Shown: piece by piece, positions 7,616 through 17,265 of the stretch
How the letters are laid out: the number at the start of each line of letters is the position of its first letter
Numbering within the stretch: the first letter of the stretch is position 1
Assembly: GCA_964472765.1 (NCBI GenBank)
Contig: CAYYNI010000002.1
Location: 1-34,102, forward strand
Length of the DNA stretch: 34,102 nt
Direction of reading: 5' to 3'
DNA from: an uncultured Thermotogaceae bacterium
GTDB taxonomy: Bacteria; Thermotogota; Thermotogae; MWEM01
Position numbers and translations under genes: made by a program
The notes under the pieces: generated by a model
Databases searched by the model: none
The model's input: the letters and a program-made list of their open reading frames with translations, nothing else
Told to the model about the DNA's origin: nothing

Positions 7616-8555
7616 TTACGATGGAGAACCAGACGGGGTAAGTAAAAAGGAATAGAAATGTTGAATAGACTACAACCGCACTGGCAAAGTCTTTTTCTTT
7701 CTCATGACTATTGGCATCGGATAACCCTTCGGCTAATATAGCCGTATTCACAGCGGTGGGCATCGCCAGTTCTAAAACAAATATTTGGAATACCAATCCT
7801 TCCATTCCCATTATTTTTCCTACAAATAGGGCGAGAGCGGGGGGAAGGAAAAGCTTCATAAGAGAGGCAGGTAAGATACTGAAAAGATTTTTCAACTTGA
7901 TAGGGATGTGTGATAAGTTGATCCCAACCACAAGCAATATGACCGGAATCGAACTGTCTTTCAGCATGCCAACATAATTCTTGGCCGGAGCAGGCAGATC
8001 TTGTGACCAATTAAAGCCAATTGTTCCCAATATCCAGGATACAATCAGGGTGTATAGCCAAGGGATTTTTAATATGTTCAACAAGCCTTTTTTGATCAGA
8101 CCTTTTCCCTTTGCCGAGAGCATGGTGGTTCCAATAATGGGTAACAAGACCATATTGGCACTGGCCATTATCACCGCTAAGGGAATAGCTTGAGGGCCTA
8201 TGGAATATTCCAAAACCGGATAACCAATGTATCCCGTATTGGAGAATGAATTGGTGTAAGACCATAAAATCAGATTTTTTTTGGTTATTTTACTGATGAT
8301 CCAATAAACGATCACGATGGCAAAGGTTACAATCAGAGTGCCGAGAAAATAGCGCCAAATCATGTCGATGGTGGGAACATGCTCTGTGATATAAGTAAAG
8401 ATCAGAACGGAGCCGAACAAGTAAAATGCAAGTTTTGACAGCATTTCTCCTTTTCCTTTGAATAATTTACCAAACAAGAATCCGGTGATAAAGATAGCGA
8501 AAACGGGAATGATGGATGCAAATGAATGTTGGAAAATGCCTTGGAAATCAGTCAT
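7602..8555 (-). CDS. AEC (auxin efflux carrier) family membrane transporter
   Basis: About ten hydrophobic segments, with an N-terminus typical of AEC permeases (IIPVFAIFITGFLFGK). The ORF track begins at GTG 8570. I prefer ATG 8555 (MTDFQ) because AAGGTGGG lies about 10 nt upstream. This start overlaps the mnmG stop by 8 nt (ATGACTGA). Confidence 0.8.
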   Translation of the reverse strand: MTDFQGIFQHSFASIIPVFAIFITGFLFGKLFKGKGEMLSKLAFYLFGSVLIFTYITEHVPTIDMIWRYFLGTLIVTFAIVIVYWIISKITKKNLILWSYTNSFSNTGYIGYPVLEYSIGPQAIPLAVIMASANMVLLPIIGTTMLSAKGKGLIKKGLLNILKIPWLYTLIVSWILGTIGFNWSQDLPAPAKNYVGMLKDSSIPVILLVVGINLSHIPIKLKNLFSILPASLMKLFLPPALALFVGKIMGMEGLVFQIFVLELAMPTAVNTAILAEGLSDANSHEKEKDFASAVVVYSTFLFLFTYPVWFSIVNGGM

Positions 8556-10434
8556 TTTTGGTATTCCCACCTTTTTTATGTCGCAAGAAAAAGATGATAT
8601 TGGCTATGTCAGCCGGATTGATACCCGGTATTCTGCTGGCCTGTCCAACGGATGAAGGCCTGATTCGAATCAATTTTTGTTTGGCTTCGGTAGCGAGATT
8701 TTCCACTTTTTCGTAATCAACATCATGGGGAATCAGAAAATTCTCCATTTCTTCAAATTGTTTGATTTCACGGAGCGATCTTTCGATGTATCCCTCATAT
8801 TGAATTTCAATGTCTACCTGTTCAATAATGTCGTCATCTTCAATGGGATGATCATCCCATTTTTTTATCATAGAATAGCTTATGTCTGGCCTTTTCAGTA
8901 AGTCAATCAGTTTTTTGGATTCTCTTAAGGGCGAGGAGTTTTTTTTCACCAGAAAATCATTGATCTCGTCTCCCATTTTGACTGGGACTTCTGCCAATCG
9001 CTTGACTTCACGGCTGACCCTTTCCTGAATCTTGAGTGTTTTTTTGTAGAATTCTTCAGGGATAAGACCAAAGGAGTAGCCGTATTTGGCCAATCTCAAA
9101 TGAGCATTATCATGCCTTAATAATAAACGGTGTTCTGCTCTTGAAGTGAGCAAACGGTAAGGTTCATCCGTTCCCTTGGTAACCAGATCATCGATGAGAA
9201 CGCCTAAATAGGATTCGTTTCTCTTTGGATACCAGTTTTGTTTTCCGTCTAATGTCAACACGGCATTAAGTGCCGCAATAAAACCTTGCCCAGCCGCTTC
9301 TTCATAACCACTTGTTCCATTGACTTGCCCAGCGAAGAACAATCCTTCAATGGATTTGACTTCCAGATACTCAGTCAGTTGTTCAGGGAAGATGTAATCG
9401 TATTCAACGGCGTATGCCGGCCTGATGATCTGAGCTCTTTCCAATCCTTCAATGGTTCGGATCATTTCTTCTTGAACATGAAATGGCAGACTGGTACTTA
9501 ATCCGCCGATGTAATATTCTTCGTTTCTCCTTGTCTCCGGTTCGATAAACAATTGATGGGAATCCCGGTCGGAAAATTTAAGCACTTTATCTTCTATAGA
9601 GGGGCAGTACCTGGGCCCGGTGCCATCGATGAGTTTAATGTCACCGTAAAGAGGTGAGTATGAGATGTTCTTTTGGATGATCTCGTGGGTTTTCTGATTG
9701 GTCCGTGTGATATAGACCGGCCACTGGTCAGAAAGGACCTTTTTTTCTGAAAAAAAGGAAAAGGCCAAGGGTTCATCGGATGTTGTCTGCTTTTCCATTT
9801 TGTGAAAATCAATGCTGGATTTTAGGATTCTCGCAGGTGTACCGGTTTTAAATCTGCCGATTTCCAGTCCTATTTCTTTGATGGAATCGGAGATAAGATC
9901 AGCTGAGAACTCTCCCAGTCGTCCGGCAGACAGTTCGGTAGGGCCAACAAATATCTTTCCCTTAATAAATGTTCCAGCAGTAATGATCAAACTTTTACAA
10001 GTGTATTTTTCACCAAAATGTGTTTGGACGCCGGCAATCTTGGAACCTTTCAGCAGGATTTTTTCTGCGAGCCCGTATCGAATTTGGAGGTTTTCCTGTA
10101 ACATCAATCGACGTGTCATTTCTTCACTGTAATCGTATTTATCAATTTGGGCCCTAAGAGCGTGAACCGCAGGACCCTTACCGGTATTGAGCATTCGAAT
10201 GTTCGTCATGGTGGCATCGGTATTTTTTGCCATTTCTCCGCCTAAGACGTCTATTTCACGAATCACAACCCCTTTGGCCGGTCCTCCGACAGAAGGATTA
10301 CAAGGGGCCCAAGCAACTGTATCAAGGTTTAGATTTAAAAGTAGTGTGTTTTTCCCCATTCTGGCTGAAACCAAAGCTGCTTCTACACCGGCATGTCCGG
10401 CGCCTACTACAATAATATCAAAATCGTAACTCAT
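8548..10434 (-). CDS. mnmG: tRNA uridine 5-carboxymethylaminomethyl modification enzyme MnmG (GidA)
   Basis: 628-aa ORF with an FAD-binding N-terminus (DIIVVGAGHAGVEAA). Family-typical blocks run throughout (GPRYCPSIEDK, FFAGQVNGTSGYEEAA, GQASRIPGINPADI). Confidence 0.97.
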   Translation of the reverse strand: MSYDFDIIVVGAGHAGVEAALVSARMGKNTLLLNLNLDTVAWAPCNPSVGGPAKGVVIREIDVLGGEMAKNTDATMTNIRMLNTGKGPAVHALRAQIDKYDYSEEMTRRLMLQENLQIRYGLAEKILLKGSKIAGVQTHFGEKYTCKSLIITAGTFIKGKIFVGPTELSAGRLGEFSADLISDSIKEIGLEIGRFKTGTPARILKSSIDFHKMEKQTTSDEPLAFSFFSEKKVLSDQWPVYITRTNQKTHEIIQKNISYSPLYGDIKLIDGTGPRYCPSIEDKVLKFSDRDSHQLFIEPETRRNEEYYIGGLSTSLPFHVQEEMIRTIEGLERAQIIRPAYAVEYDYIFPEQLTEYLEVKSIEGLFFAGQVNGTSGYEEAAGQGFIAALNAVLTLDGKQNWYPKRNESYLGVLIDDLVTKGTDEPYRLLTSRAEHRLLLRHDNAHLRLAKYGYSFGLIPEEFYKKTLKIQERVSREVKRLAEVPVKMGDEINDFLVKKNSSPLRESKKLIDLLKRPDISYSMIKKWDDHPIEDDDIIEQVDIEIQYEGYIERSLREIKQFEEMENFLIPHDVDYEKVENLATEAKQKLIRIRPSSVGQASRIPGINPADIANIIFFLRHKKGGNTKND

Positions 10435-10479
10435 TGTCTTTATTCATTTCCTTTCATCTTCTATTGTATGGCATAAAGC

Positions 10480-11616
10480 CTATTTTGTTTTAATTCTGAA
10501 AATCATTAATGATGCAAATAAAGAAGCTCCCAAATAGGTGAACAGATAGATGGATTCATTGAGCAAGGATCCCAATGGTTTTCCGGCAATCATCAGTTTT
10601 CTTAAGACGTCGGTCAAAACGGTGATGGGAAGAGCCGGTGCGATCATTTGCATGATTTTGGGCATTTGAGAAAGGGGAAAAAACACCCCACCTCCTAAAA
10701 ACATGAGGAAAACGATGGCAGCTGCTACACCCATTGACACATCGGAGTTTGGGGAAAATACAGAAATCAGAAGTCCCAATGACAGATAAGTCAGCATGCC
10801 GATGGTTAACAACAATCCGACAATCAAAACCGATCCTTCAAAATTGATATGTAGGATGTAAATGCTTCCCAGCAATAATGAGATAGTTTGAACGAGTCCC
10901 AATATGGAATGGGCGAAATATTTTCCTAAAACATAAGATAATCTACTGGAAGGTGTGACTCTGAAACCGTCGATGATGCCTTTGTCTTTTTCACGGCTGA
11001 CTGATCCGGTGATGCCTATCAGCATGGTGGATAGGATAACGAATGCCAGTACTCCGGGTGCCATGACATCCGGATAGTCCAACGTGTTATGTTCTATACC
11101 TTCAACTCTTAATTCAGGAACTTTTACATCTCTGGAAGGGGTCATTTTTTCATCCAAATCCATTTCGATCATGGCGCCATATTCTATCTCACCCAATGCC
11201 GTTCTGAGTAATTTGAAAATGGTAACGCTTTCAAGGAGTGATGCACTACTTGGGATGTAGGAGATATAGGTATCATTCCCTTGAAGCATATTGGCGGTAA
11301 ATCCAATGGGTATGACAATCAACCCGTCAATTTCACCTTTGTCAAGAGCCGTCAAGGCCTGATCTTTGTCTGTAATTCTGTATATGTTTTCCTGTTTTAA
11401 GAATCCGAGGATGAAATTAGCCAAGTATTTTCCCAAAAATGTTTTGTCTTCTCCCAATACGCCAATTGAAATGTCATCCAGCGCTCTTTCCGTTGGAATA
11501 AACATCAGTGACACCGTCAAAAGGAGAAAAGGAGTAACAATTAATATAACAAAGAAAATGGGATTTCTAATAATGTACTTTATTTCAGTCAAAAAATGTT
11601 GAACAAATGAATTCAT
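10480..11616 (-). CDS. ABC-2 type transporter permease (no cognate ATPase gene adjacent)
   Basis: 378-aa ORF. It has one N-terminal TM helix, a large extracytoplasmic loop of about 150 aa, then 5 clustered TM helices, which is the ABC-2/YhhJ-like topology. AAGGTGA lies 6 nt upstream of the ATG. Confidence 0.8.
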   Translation of the reverse strand: MNSFVQHFLTEIKYIIRNPIFFVILIVTPFLLLTVSLMFIPTERALDDISIGVLGEDKTFLGKYLANFILGFLKQENIYRITDKDQALTALDKGEIDGLIVIPIGFTANMLQGNDTYISYIPSSASLLESVTIFKLLRTALGEIEYGAMIEMDLDEKMTPSRDVKVPELRVEGIEHNTLDYPDVMAPGVLAFVILSTMLIGITGSVSREKDKGIIDGFRVTPSSRLSYVLGKYFAHSILGLVQTISLLLGSIYILHINFEGSVLIVGLLLTIGMLTYLSLGLLISVFSPNSDVSMGVAAAIVFLMFLGGGVFFPLSQMPKIMQMIAPALPITVLTDVLRKLMIAGKPLGSLLNESIYLFTYLGASLFASLMIFRIKTK

Positions 11617-11654
11617 AATCCATCACCTTAAAAAAGAATAAAAACTACATGGGA

Positions 11655-11663
11655 ATTATAACA
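11655..11663 (-). promoter_or_regulatory. candidate extended -10 promoter element for the ABC-2 permease/mnmG operon
   Basis: The minus strand reads TGtTATAAT, about 40 nt upstream of the permease ATG and just downstream of the terminator-like hairpin. The -35 is weak (TATTTC). Confidence 0.35.
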
Positions 11664-11689
11664 GAAATAACCCCCAAGAAATAATTAAG

Positions 11690-11723
11690 AAAAAACTCCG
11701 AGTTTTAAACCCGGAGTTTTTTT
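11690..11723. terminator. candidate bidirectional-looking terminator after the lipoprotein gene
   Basis: AAAAACTCCG (11691-11700) pairs with CGGAGTTTTT (11712-11721) around an 11-nt loop. It is flanked by A and T runs, so either orientation gives a U-tail. It lies about 20 nt past the lipoprotein stop. The GC core is only 5 bp. Confidence 0.45.
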
Positions 11724-11741
11724 ATATGGCGTAAAAACGAT

Positions 11742-13358
11742 TTAATAAATGGAATAGGGACTCAGTTCTACAGAATAAATAGGCCGTGCGGGAAAATGAT
11801 ATCGTTCTTGTTGTAAATATTCAACAGTATATTCAGTTGTGAGTTCAAACGATGGAATGACATCCAGGTGACTTTGTTGATCACGCTGGAATTGATTAAA
11901 TTTTAAACCAAACCTCAGATCATTTTGATTTGAATCGAAAATGTTTAAAAAGGAAAGCGTGCTATCAAGATGTAAACTGGGTTCGATGGAACAAACCGCT
12001 GTATGCTGGGTTCCAGTGGCTGAAACGATGTCAATGCTTCTTCTAAAATCGGCATATGGGAGCCATTGTGATGGATTGTCCCAATCCTGGGCATCAATTC
12101 GAAGAGAGTAATAAGTGTCGTCGAATTGATAAGTCACTTGTGAATTTATCCGCCCTTCTCCTTCAGAATGAGTTGAAAAGCCAAATCTGATTGTACCGGA
12201 TAGTGGAATATCCATAATATCTACGGTGATGGGTTCATCGAAAAAATAAGTACTGGGTATTTCTCTTTCGGATGAATTGACTTCCATGGTGATATTTCCA
12301 CGAATGGCAAATATCGGATGATAGAAAAACCGAATCAAATCATCGTTTAAACCCATTTCAAAATCAATGTCCATAAATGACAGGAGGATTTGAACCGGTT
12401 CATGAGAATGTATACGGATACTGGAGTTTTCACTCTGAGAGCGATGGTCTATCCTGCCCGACCACAAAACATACTCTTCATCCATCCTGTTTTCAAACAG
12501 ATAAGGTTCGTCTGGGTTTGTTCTGAAAACCCCTTTATATTTAATGCCTTTAAGAAAATCAGAAAACTCGGAAAGCTCCAGTTCACCCAGTTCCAATGTC
12601 TTAATATTGCCCGTTCCCTGAACATTCTCGATTCTTTTTAGCGGACAACCCATGGAATGATCGTAAGAAGGCCCCAAAAGGAAAAAATCGCCACTTTTAA
12701 TCTCCAGATTCATGGAGTTCGTGTCGATATCAATGGTCCTTTCCCCCGGATCATAATGATTGAGTACGGGTAATCCTTTTTCATCGATACATATTTTGTT
12801 TGCCCTATCGATTGTCATAATAGGGTAGTTCTTCTGCCCATCAACGGGAATGATTCTGAAAGTAGCGGACATTTGGGGTGTGTTGTTCAGTTCCAAGAAA
12901 ACGGCATTGGATAAATTTCTTGTTTGAGATAACGTTGTGTCAGTACCTGAAAATCGTATATCCCAAATCTCGTCTCCGTTGAGATCCAGCGTTTGATCAT
13001 TGCTCAGATCATGAATACTAACGGTTTTAGATGCTTCCGAAGTGTAAAAAATGTTTTTAAAGGAAACTACGTTTTCGCTGATAGCTAAAAACTCTAGGCA
13101 TGAATAATCCTCACTGTAGCCGGTGGTGGTTTGTTTTAGCATTCTGACACCGACCTTGTCTGCAGTGCTGAACATTGATATTTGCGGGTTATCAAAATCA
13201 TGCAAAATCTTTCCATTTCTGAAAAAACCCGCTTTCAATTCCTCCAAAGAAAGATATGGATCGGGAATCGGATCATTCCTGTCATTCACGCAAGAAGTTA
13301 GCCCCAAAGCGACAATAATCGATAGAATAATAAACAAAAAAGTGGTTTTACTCTTCAT
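11742..13358 (-). CDS. lipoprotein of unknown function
   Basis: 538-aa ORF. It has a signal peptide with a lipobox (IIVALGL-TSC, Cys23). The remainder is hydrophilic and rich in beta-strand-favouring residues, with no motif I can assign. GGGGGGG lies upstream of the ATG. Confidence 0.75.
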   Translation of the reverse strand: MKSKTTFLFIILSIIVALGLTSCVNDRNDPIPDPYLSLEELKAGFFRNGKILHDFDNPQISMFSTADKVGVRMLKQTTTGYSEDYSCLEFLAISENVVSFKNIFYTSEASKTVSIHDLSNDQTLDLNGDEIWDIRFSGTDTTLSQTRNLSNAVFLELNNTPQMSATFRIIPVDGQKNYPIMTIDRANKICIDEKGLPVLNHYDPGERTIDIDTNSMNLEIKSGDFFLLGPSYDHSMGCPLKRIENVQGTGNIKTLELGELELSEFSDFLKGIKYKGVFRTNPDEPYLFENRMDEEYVLWSGRIDHRSQSENSSIRIHSHEPVQILLSFMDIDFEMGLNDDLIRFFYHPIFAIRGNITMEVNSSEREIPSTYFFDEPITVDIMDIPLSGTIRFGFSTHSEGEGRINSQVTYQFDDTYYSLRIDAQDWDNPSQWLPYADFRRSIDIVSATGTQHTAVCSIEPSLHLDSTLSFLNIFDSNQNDLRFGLKFNQFQRDQQSHLDVIPSFELTTEYTVEYLQQERYHFPARPIYSVELSPYSIY

Positions 13359-13387
13359 TTTTATTCCCCCCCTATTTAATTAATGCT

Positions 13388-13418
13388 ATTATAACATGAT
13401 TCTATTTACTTTTTTCAA
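13388..13418 (-). promoter_or_regulatory. candidate sigma-70-type promoter for the lipoprotein gene
   Basis: The minus strand reads TTGAAA (13418-13413), a 19-nt spacer, then an extended -10 TGtTATAAT (13396-13388), about 30 nt upstream of the ATG. Confidence 0.4.
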
Positions 13419-13508
13419 GTGCATTTAACAAAAAAACCATGTGGGTTTCGGATAATTTGGAATATGTACTATAATAAGATCATTATATTATACGGGAGGA
13501 TGAAAAAA

Positions 13509-14981
13509 ATGTCACAACTTGAAATGATTGAACCTCAATCGGTTATCAGAAATTTTCAGAAGCTCTGCGCCATTCCGCATTGTTCAGGCAGTGAAAAGGC
13601 TATCAGTGATTTTTTAGTGAAATTTGCTGAGGATTTGGGATATGAAGCCTATCAGGATAAAGTATGGAACGTCATTATTAAAAAACCGGCTTCTGAGGGA
13701 TATGAGGGGTTATCGCCTGTTATTCTTCAAGGACATATGGATATGGTTTGCGAAAAAAATAAAGCGACTGAACATGACTTTTCAAAGGATCCTTTGAAAT
13801 TAGTTGTCGAAGGGAATATTTTAAGAGCATCTGGTACTACCCTTGGTGCCGATGATGGCATAGCTGTGGCCTACTGCATGGCTATTCTTGAAGACAAAAG
13901 TCTTTCCCATCCGCCATTGGAGATAGTCATCACCACTCAGGAGGAAACAGGTATGGGAGGAGCGATGGAACTGGAAAGCGAAAAACTCGCCGGTAAGACT
14001 CTCATTAATATCGATGCTGAACAAGAAGGTGTTTTTCTCGTTAGTTGTTCAGGAGGGATAAGGTCTACACTAACGCTTCCTTTAAAGAAAAAGGCAGCCA
14101 AAAAAGAAGAAACGTTAATGGAGCTGTCTATTACTGGTTTAAGGGGCGGCCATTCAGGAGCAGAAATCCATAAAGGTCGAGGAAACGCCAATAAATTGAT
14201 GGGGCGTGTGCTTTACGAATTGAACCGAAAAGTGAAATTCAACCTTTATTCGCTTGAGGGCGGGGCAAAGACCAATGCTATCCCCAGAGAATGTCTTGCT
14301 GTGGTCGGCTTTGACCCGCAAGAGAATGATGCAATAGAAAAAAGAATCAAGAAGATAGAAAATATCATTTCTCAAGAGTATGCTAAAACCGATCCGGATT
14401 TTAAAATTGTTTTTGCAAACACCAATAGTTTAGCGAAAGATCGGCAATTACCCTTAAAAAAATCATGCAAAAACAAGGTTATTCACCTTTTGCTGAATAA
14501 TCCAAACGGTGTTTATACCATGAGTCAAGATATGGAGGGTTTGGTGGAAAGCTCAAATAACCTAGGCGTTATTCTCTTTGAAGGAGATAAGATTCTTTTC
14601 TTAAATTCCATCAGAAGTTCAGTGGAAAGTAAAAAGGTTGAAATCAATAGAAAATTGGAAGAGCTGGCGGAATTTACCGGTTGTAGTTTTGAAAGTGGTT
14701 CGGATTACCCAGGATGGAAGTACCGAGAAGATTCGAAGTTGCGAGAACATATGAAGCGGGTATATCAGGAAATGTATGGAAAAGAGCCCGTTATAGAAGC
14801 GATACACGCCGGATTAGAGTGTGGGTTGTTTTTGGAAGTAATCAACAATGAGCTGGATATGATTGCAATGGGACCCAATATGCATGATGTGCATACTCCT
14901 GATGAACATCTCGAATTGGATTCTGCCGGAAGAGTTTATGACTTTTTAGTTGAAGCATTGAAAAGAATGAAGGAGATGTAA
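13509..14981 (+). CDS. pepD: aminoacyl-histidine (Xaa-His) dipeptidase, M20C family
   Basis: M20 metal-binding blocks are present (LQGHMDMV, GADDGIAVA, TTQEETGMGGA, NIDAEQEG, PNMHDVHTPDE). The ORF track starts at 13419. I prefer ATG 13509 (MSQLEMIEP), which has GGGAGG 9 nt upstream. Confidence 0.9.
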   Translation: MSQLEMIEPQSVIRNFQKLCAIPHCSGSEKAISDFLVKFAEDLGYEAYQDKVWNVIIKKPASEGYEGLSPVILQGHMDMVCEKNKATEHDFSKDPLKLVVEGNILRASGTTLGADDGIAVAYCMAILEDKSLSHPPLEIVITTQEETGMGGAMELESEKLAGKTLINIDAEQEGVFLVSCSGGIRSTLTLPLKKKAAKKEETLMELSITGLRGGHSGAEIHKGRGNANKLMGRVLYELNRKVKFNLYSLEGGAKTNAIPRECLAVVGFDPQENDAIEKRIKKIENIISQEYAKTDPDFKIVFANTNSLAKDRQLPLKKSCKNKVIHLLLNNPNGVYTMSQDMEGLVESSNNLGVILFEGDKILFLNSIRSSVESKKVEINRKLEELAEFTGCSFESGSDYPGWKYREDSKLREHMKRVYQEMYGKEPVIEAIHAGLECGLFLEVINNELDMIAMGPNMHDVHTPDEHLELDSAGRVYDFLVEALKRMKEM

Positions 14982-14984
14982 TCA

Positions 14985-16283
14985 GTGGAGGATATTTATT
15001 TAAAAGAAGCCGGTGAGTTAATCGGTTTTATTGAAAAATCACCCAGTCGTTTTCATGCAATAGAAATGGCAATGAAAATAGCAGAAGGGTTTGGTTTTCA
15101 AAGGCTGGATATCAAGAGGAAATGGGAACTAAAAAGAGGCGGCAAATATTTTACAACTAAAAATGATTCATCCATGGCTCTTTTCATCTTGGGAGAGGAT
15201 TCGCCGGCTGAAGCCGGATTTAAGATTATTGGTTCTCATACGGATTCTCCCGCTGTTCGGATTAAGCCAAATCCGGAGATTAAAGTCGGTGAAAATTATC
15301 TGAAACTAAACACCGAAATTTACGGTGGCCCTATTCTTTACTCGTGGTTTGATCGCCCTCTTGGACTTGCAGGCAGAGCGGCTTTTAGAAATAAGGCATC
15401 GGGTGCCATCATTTCCAAACCGGTTGTTTTGAAAGGGCTTAAAACCATTATTCCCAGTATTGCCATTCACATGAACCGAGAAGTCAATTCCGGGTTTAAG
15501 GTGGACAATCAAAAGGATATGCTCCCTTTCATTGGTTCAGTGACCAAAGCAGTTCAAGAGTTTAATCTCATGCAGTTGATAGCGGATCAATTAGATATTC
15601 AAAAGGATCAGGTGCTTGATTTTGAGTTATATTTGTTTGATCTGGCCGAGGGCCAGATTATTGGCTGTGATCATGATATGATTTCCTGTTCTCAATTGGA
15701 TGATTTAGCCATGGTATATGCTTCAATGAAGGCCTTGGTTGAAACGCAAAGCGGTTCAGAAACCAAGATGGCCATGTTTTTCGACAATGAAGAAATTGGG
15801 AGTCAGACGATGCAGGGGGCTGATTCGCCCCTCTTGGGATCCATTTTGGAGCGAATTTCTATCGGGTTGGGAGAAGGACGTGAGGGTTTTTTGAGGTCTT
15901 TGGAAAATTCTTTTGTGATTTCATCGGATATGGCCCATGCCCTTCATCCAAATGCCACAGAAAAACATGATCCTACGAACAAACCGGTCATCAACGGTGG
16001 TCCGGTGATCAAAATCAGTTCGAATTTTCGATATACTAGTGATAGTGAATCATCTGCCTATTTTGAAGGGCTCTGCAAAAAGGCGGGGGTATCGGTTCAA
16101 CGATTTGTGAATCATTCCAATGAAAGAGGTGGATCGACAATAGCGCCTATCACTGCGGGAAGATTGGGGATTCGGTCTGTTGATATCGGTAATCCCATGC
16201 TTTCGATGCATTCGATCAAAGAATTGTGTGGCGTCATGGATCATTATCATCTTATCCAAGTTTTTAAGGCTTTTTATCAATAA
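14985..16283 (+). CDS. M18 family aminopeptidase (aspartyl aminopeptidase-like)
   Basis: 432-aa ORF with a GTG start 3 nt after the pepD stop. M18 signature blocks are present (GSHTDSP, FDNEEIGS, SSDMAHALHPN, GGSTI, MLSMHS). Confidence 0.9.
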   Translation: MEDIYLKEAGELIGFIEKSPSRFHAIEMAMKIAEGFGFQRLDIKRKWELKRGGKYFTTKNDSSMALFILGEDSPAEAGFKIIGSHTDSPAVRIKPNPEIKVGENYLKLNTEIYGGPILYSWFDRPLGLAGRAAFRNKASGAIISKPVVLKGLKTIIPSIAIHMNREVNSGFKVDNQKDMLPFIGSVTKAVQEFNLMQLIADQLDIQKDQVLDFELYLFDLAEGQIIGCDHDMISCSQLDDLAMVYASMKALVETQSGSETKMAMFFDNEEIGSQTMQGADSPLLGSILERISIGLGEGREGFLRSLENSFVISSDMAHALHPNATEKHDPTNKPVINGGPVIKISSNFRYTSDSESSAYFEGLCKKAGVSVQRFVNHSNERGGSTIAPITAGRLGIRSVDIGNPMLSMHSIKELCGVMDHYHLIQVFKAFYQ

Positions 16284-16310
16284 AAACGCTTCTTAAGAAT
16301 ACTAATATAA

Positions 16311-16362
16311 AAAAAGAACCCGCAGAAAAACGATTTGCAGTGAACCTGCGGGTTCTTTTTTT
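16311..16362. terminator. bidirectional rho-independent terminator between convergent genes
   Basis: GAACCCGCAG (16316-16325) pairs with CTGCGGGTTC (16346-16355) as a 10-bp GC-rich stem. An A-run precedes it and T7 follows. It sits between the M18 peptidase stop (16283) and the yegP stop (16388). The loop is long at 20 nt. Confidence 0.65.
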
Positions 16363-16387
16363 ATCTTTGCGTTTCTTAACGTTGATG

Positions 16388-16768
16388 CTATTCTTTTTCT
16401 TCAGTTACGGGCGCATCAGGTGCATTCTTAATGACACTGTTGATGCCGTTTTTACATGATGCTTTAGATTTGTAGCCTTCTGATGCCAAGATGTTTTCAC
16501 CATTTCTGGCGTTCAATCTGAATCTGAACTCCCCGCCTTTGTCAGTATACATCTCAAATTTTGGATTGGTGATTTTTTCGTAGTTTTCTTCTGTTTGGTC
16601 TTCTATTTTTTCTTTTGCAACTTCAGCGTTTTTCTTAACGCTTTCAATTCCGTTTTTACAGGCTGCGATAGAAGAATATACCTCGCTGGTACCTATGACT
16701 TCTCCGTTTGAGGCTTTCAAGTCAAATTTAACCCCTGTTTTAGTTTCACGAATGACAAATTTACCCAT
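16388..16768 (-). CDS. yegP: YegP family protein (tandem DUF1508)
   Basis: 126-aa ORF made of two repeats with the DUF1508 pattern (F.LKASNGEVIGTSEVYSS..ACKNGIESVKKNA and FRLNARNGENILASEGYKSK.SCKNGINSVIKNA). AAGGAGG lies 6 nt upstream of the ATG. Confidence 0.85.
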   Translation of the reverse strand: MGKFVIRETKTGVKFDLKASNGEVIGTSEVYSSIAACKNGIESVKKNAEVAKEKIEDQTEENYEKITNPKFEMYTDKGGEFRFRLNARNGENILASEGYKSKASCKNGINSVIKNAPDAPVTEEKE

Positions 16769-16885
16769 GATGACCTCCTTTAATTTAATGGCCTAGATAA
16801 CCTATACACTGGTTCGTAATGGATCGTGCTGAAAAAATCTGAAATACAATTTCCATTTAAAAAACAGGTTGATTATAAATTGATT

Positions 16886-16914
16886 TTGATAGAGAATAAT
16901 TGAAAGTCTATAAT
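16886..16914 (+). promoter_or_regulatory. candidate sigma-70-type promoter upstream of fliQ
   Basis: TTGATA (16886-16891), a 17-nt spacer, then TATAAT (16909-16914), 85 nt upstream of the fliQ ATG. Confidence 0.5.
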
Positions 16915-16957
16915 TGCTTTATTATAACATATACCTGGTATCATTTTTTTCATCCCG

Positions 16958-16966
16958 TGATATAAT
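16958..16966 (+). promoter_or_regulatory. second candidate promoter element (extended -10) upstream of fliQ
   Basis: TGaTATAAT lies 33 nt upstream of the fliQ ATG, with no good -35. Confidence 0.35.
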
Positions 16967-16998
16967 CTATTTAAAAGAGCGGCAAAAAGGGGGGGCTA

Positions 16999-17265
16999 AT
17001 GACAGTCGAGTCGATTCTTGATGTTGTCAGAGAAGGGGTTTATACCCTTTTGATTACTTCAGCACCAGCGTTGTTGTTAGCGTTAGGTGTGGGTTTATTG
17101 ATCGGAATTTTCCAGGCGGTTACATCAATAAACGAACAGACTTTGACGATGGTTCCAAAGATTCTGGTGGTGTTTTTGACGCTTGTTTTTTTGGGTGGTT
17201 GGATGTTGGAAAATCTGATCGATTATTTCGTTCAGATCTTCAATTTCTATTTTACCTTAATTTAG
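16999..17265 (+). CDS. fliQ: flagellar type III export apparatus protein FliQ
   Basis: 88 aa with two TM helices and the family-typical central block (LLIGIFQAVTSINEQTLTMVPKI). A G-rich SD lies upstream. Confidence 0.95.
   Translation: MTVESILDVVREGVYTLLITSAPALLLALGVGLLIGIFQAVTSINEQTLTMVPKILVVFLTLVFLGGWMLENLIDYFVQIFNFYFTLI

Noticed and set aside
13419-13508. Long N-terminal extensions offered by the ORF track for pepD (13419), the membrane protein (4968), the small ORF after fliA (26748), mfd (28515), the MBL gene (31579) and the 171-aa ORF (GTG 27114).
   Set aside because: Each extension overlaps the preceding gene or lacks an SD, while a downstream ATG has a well-spaced GGAGG-like SD and gives a family-typical N-terminus. 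I therefore preferred the shorter models.
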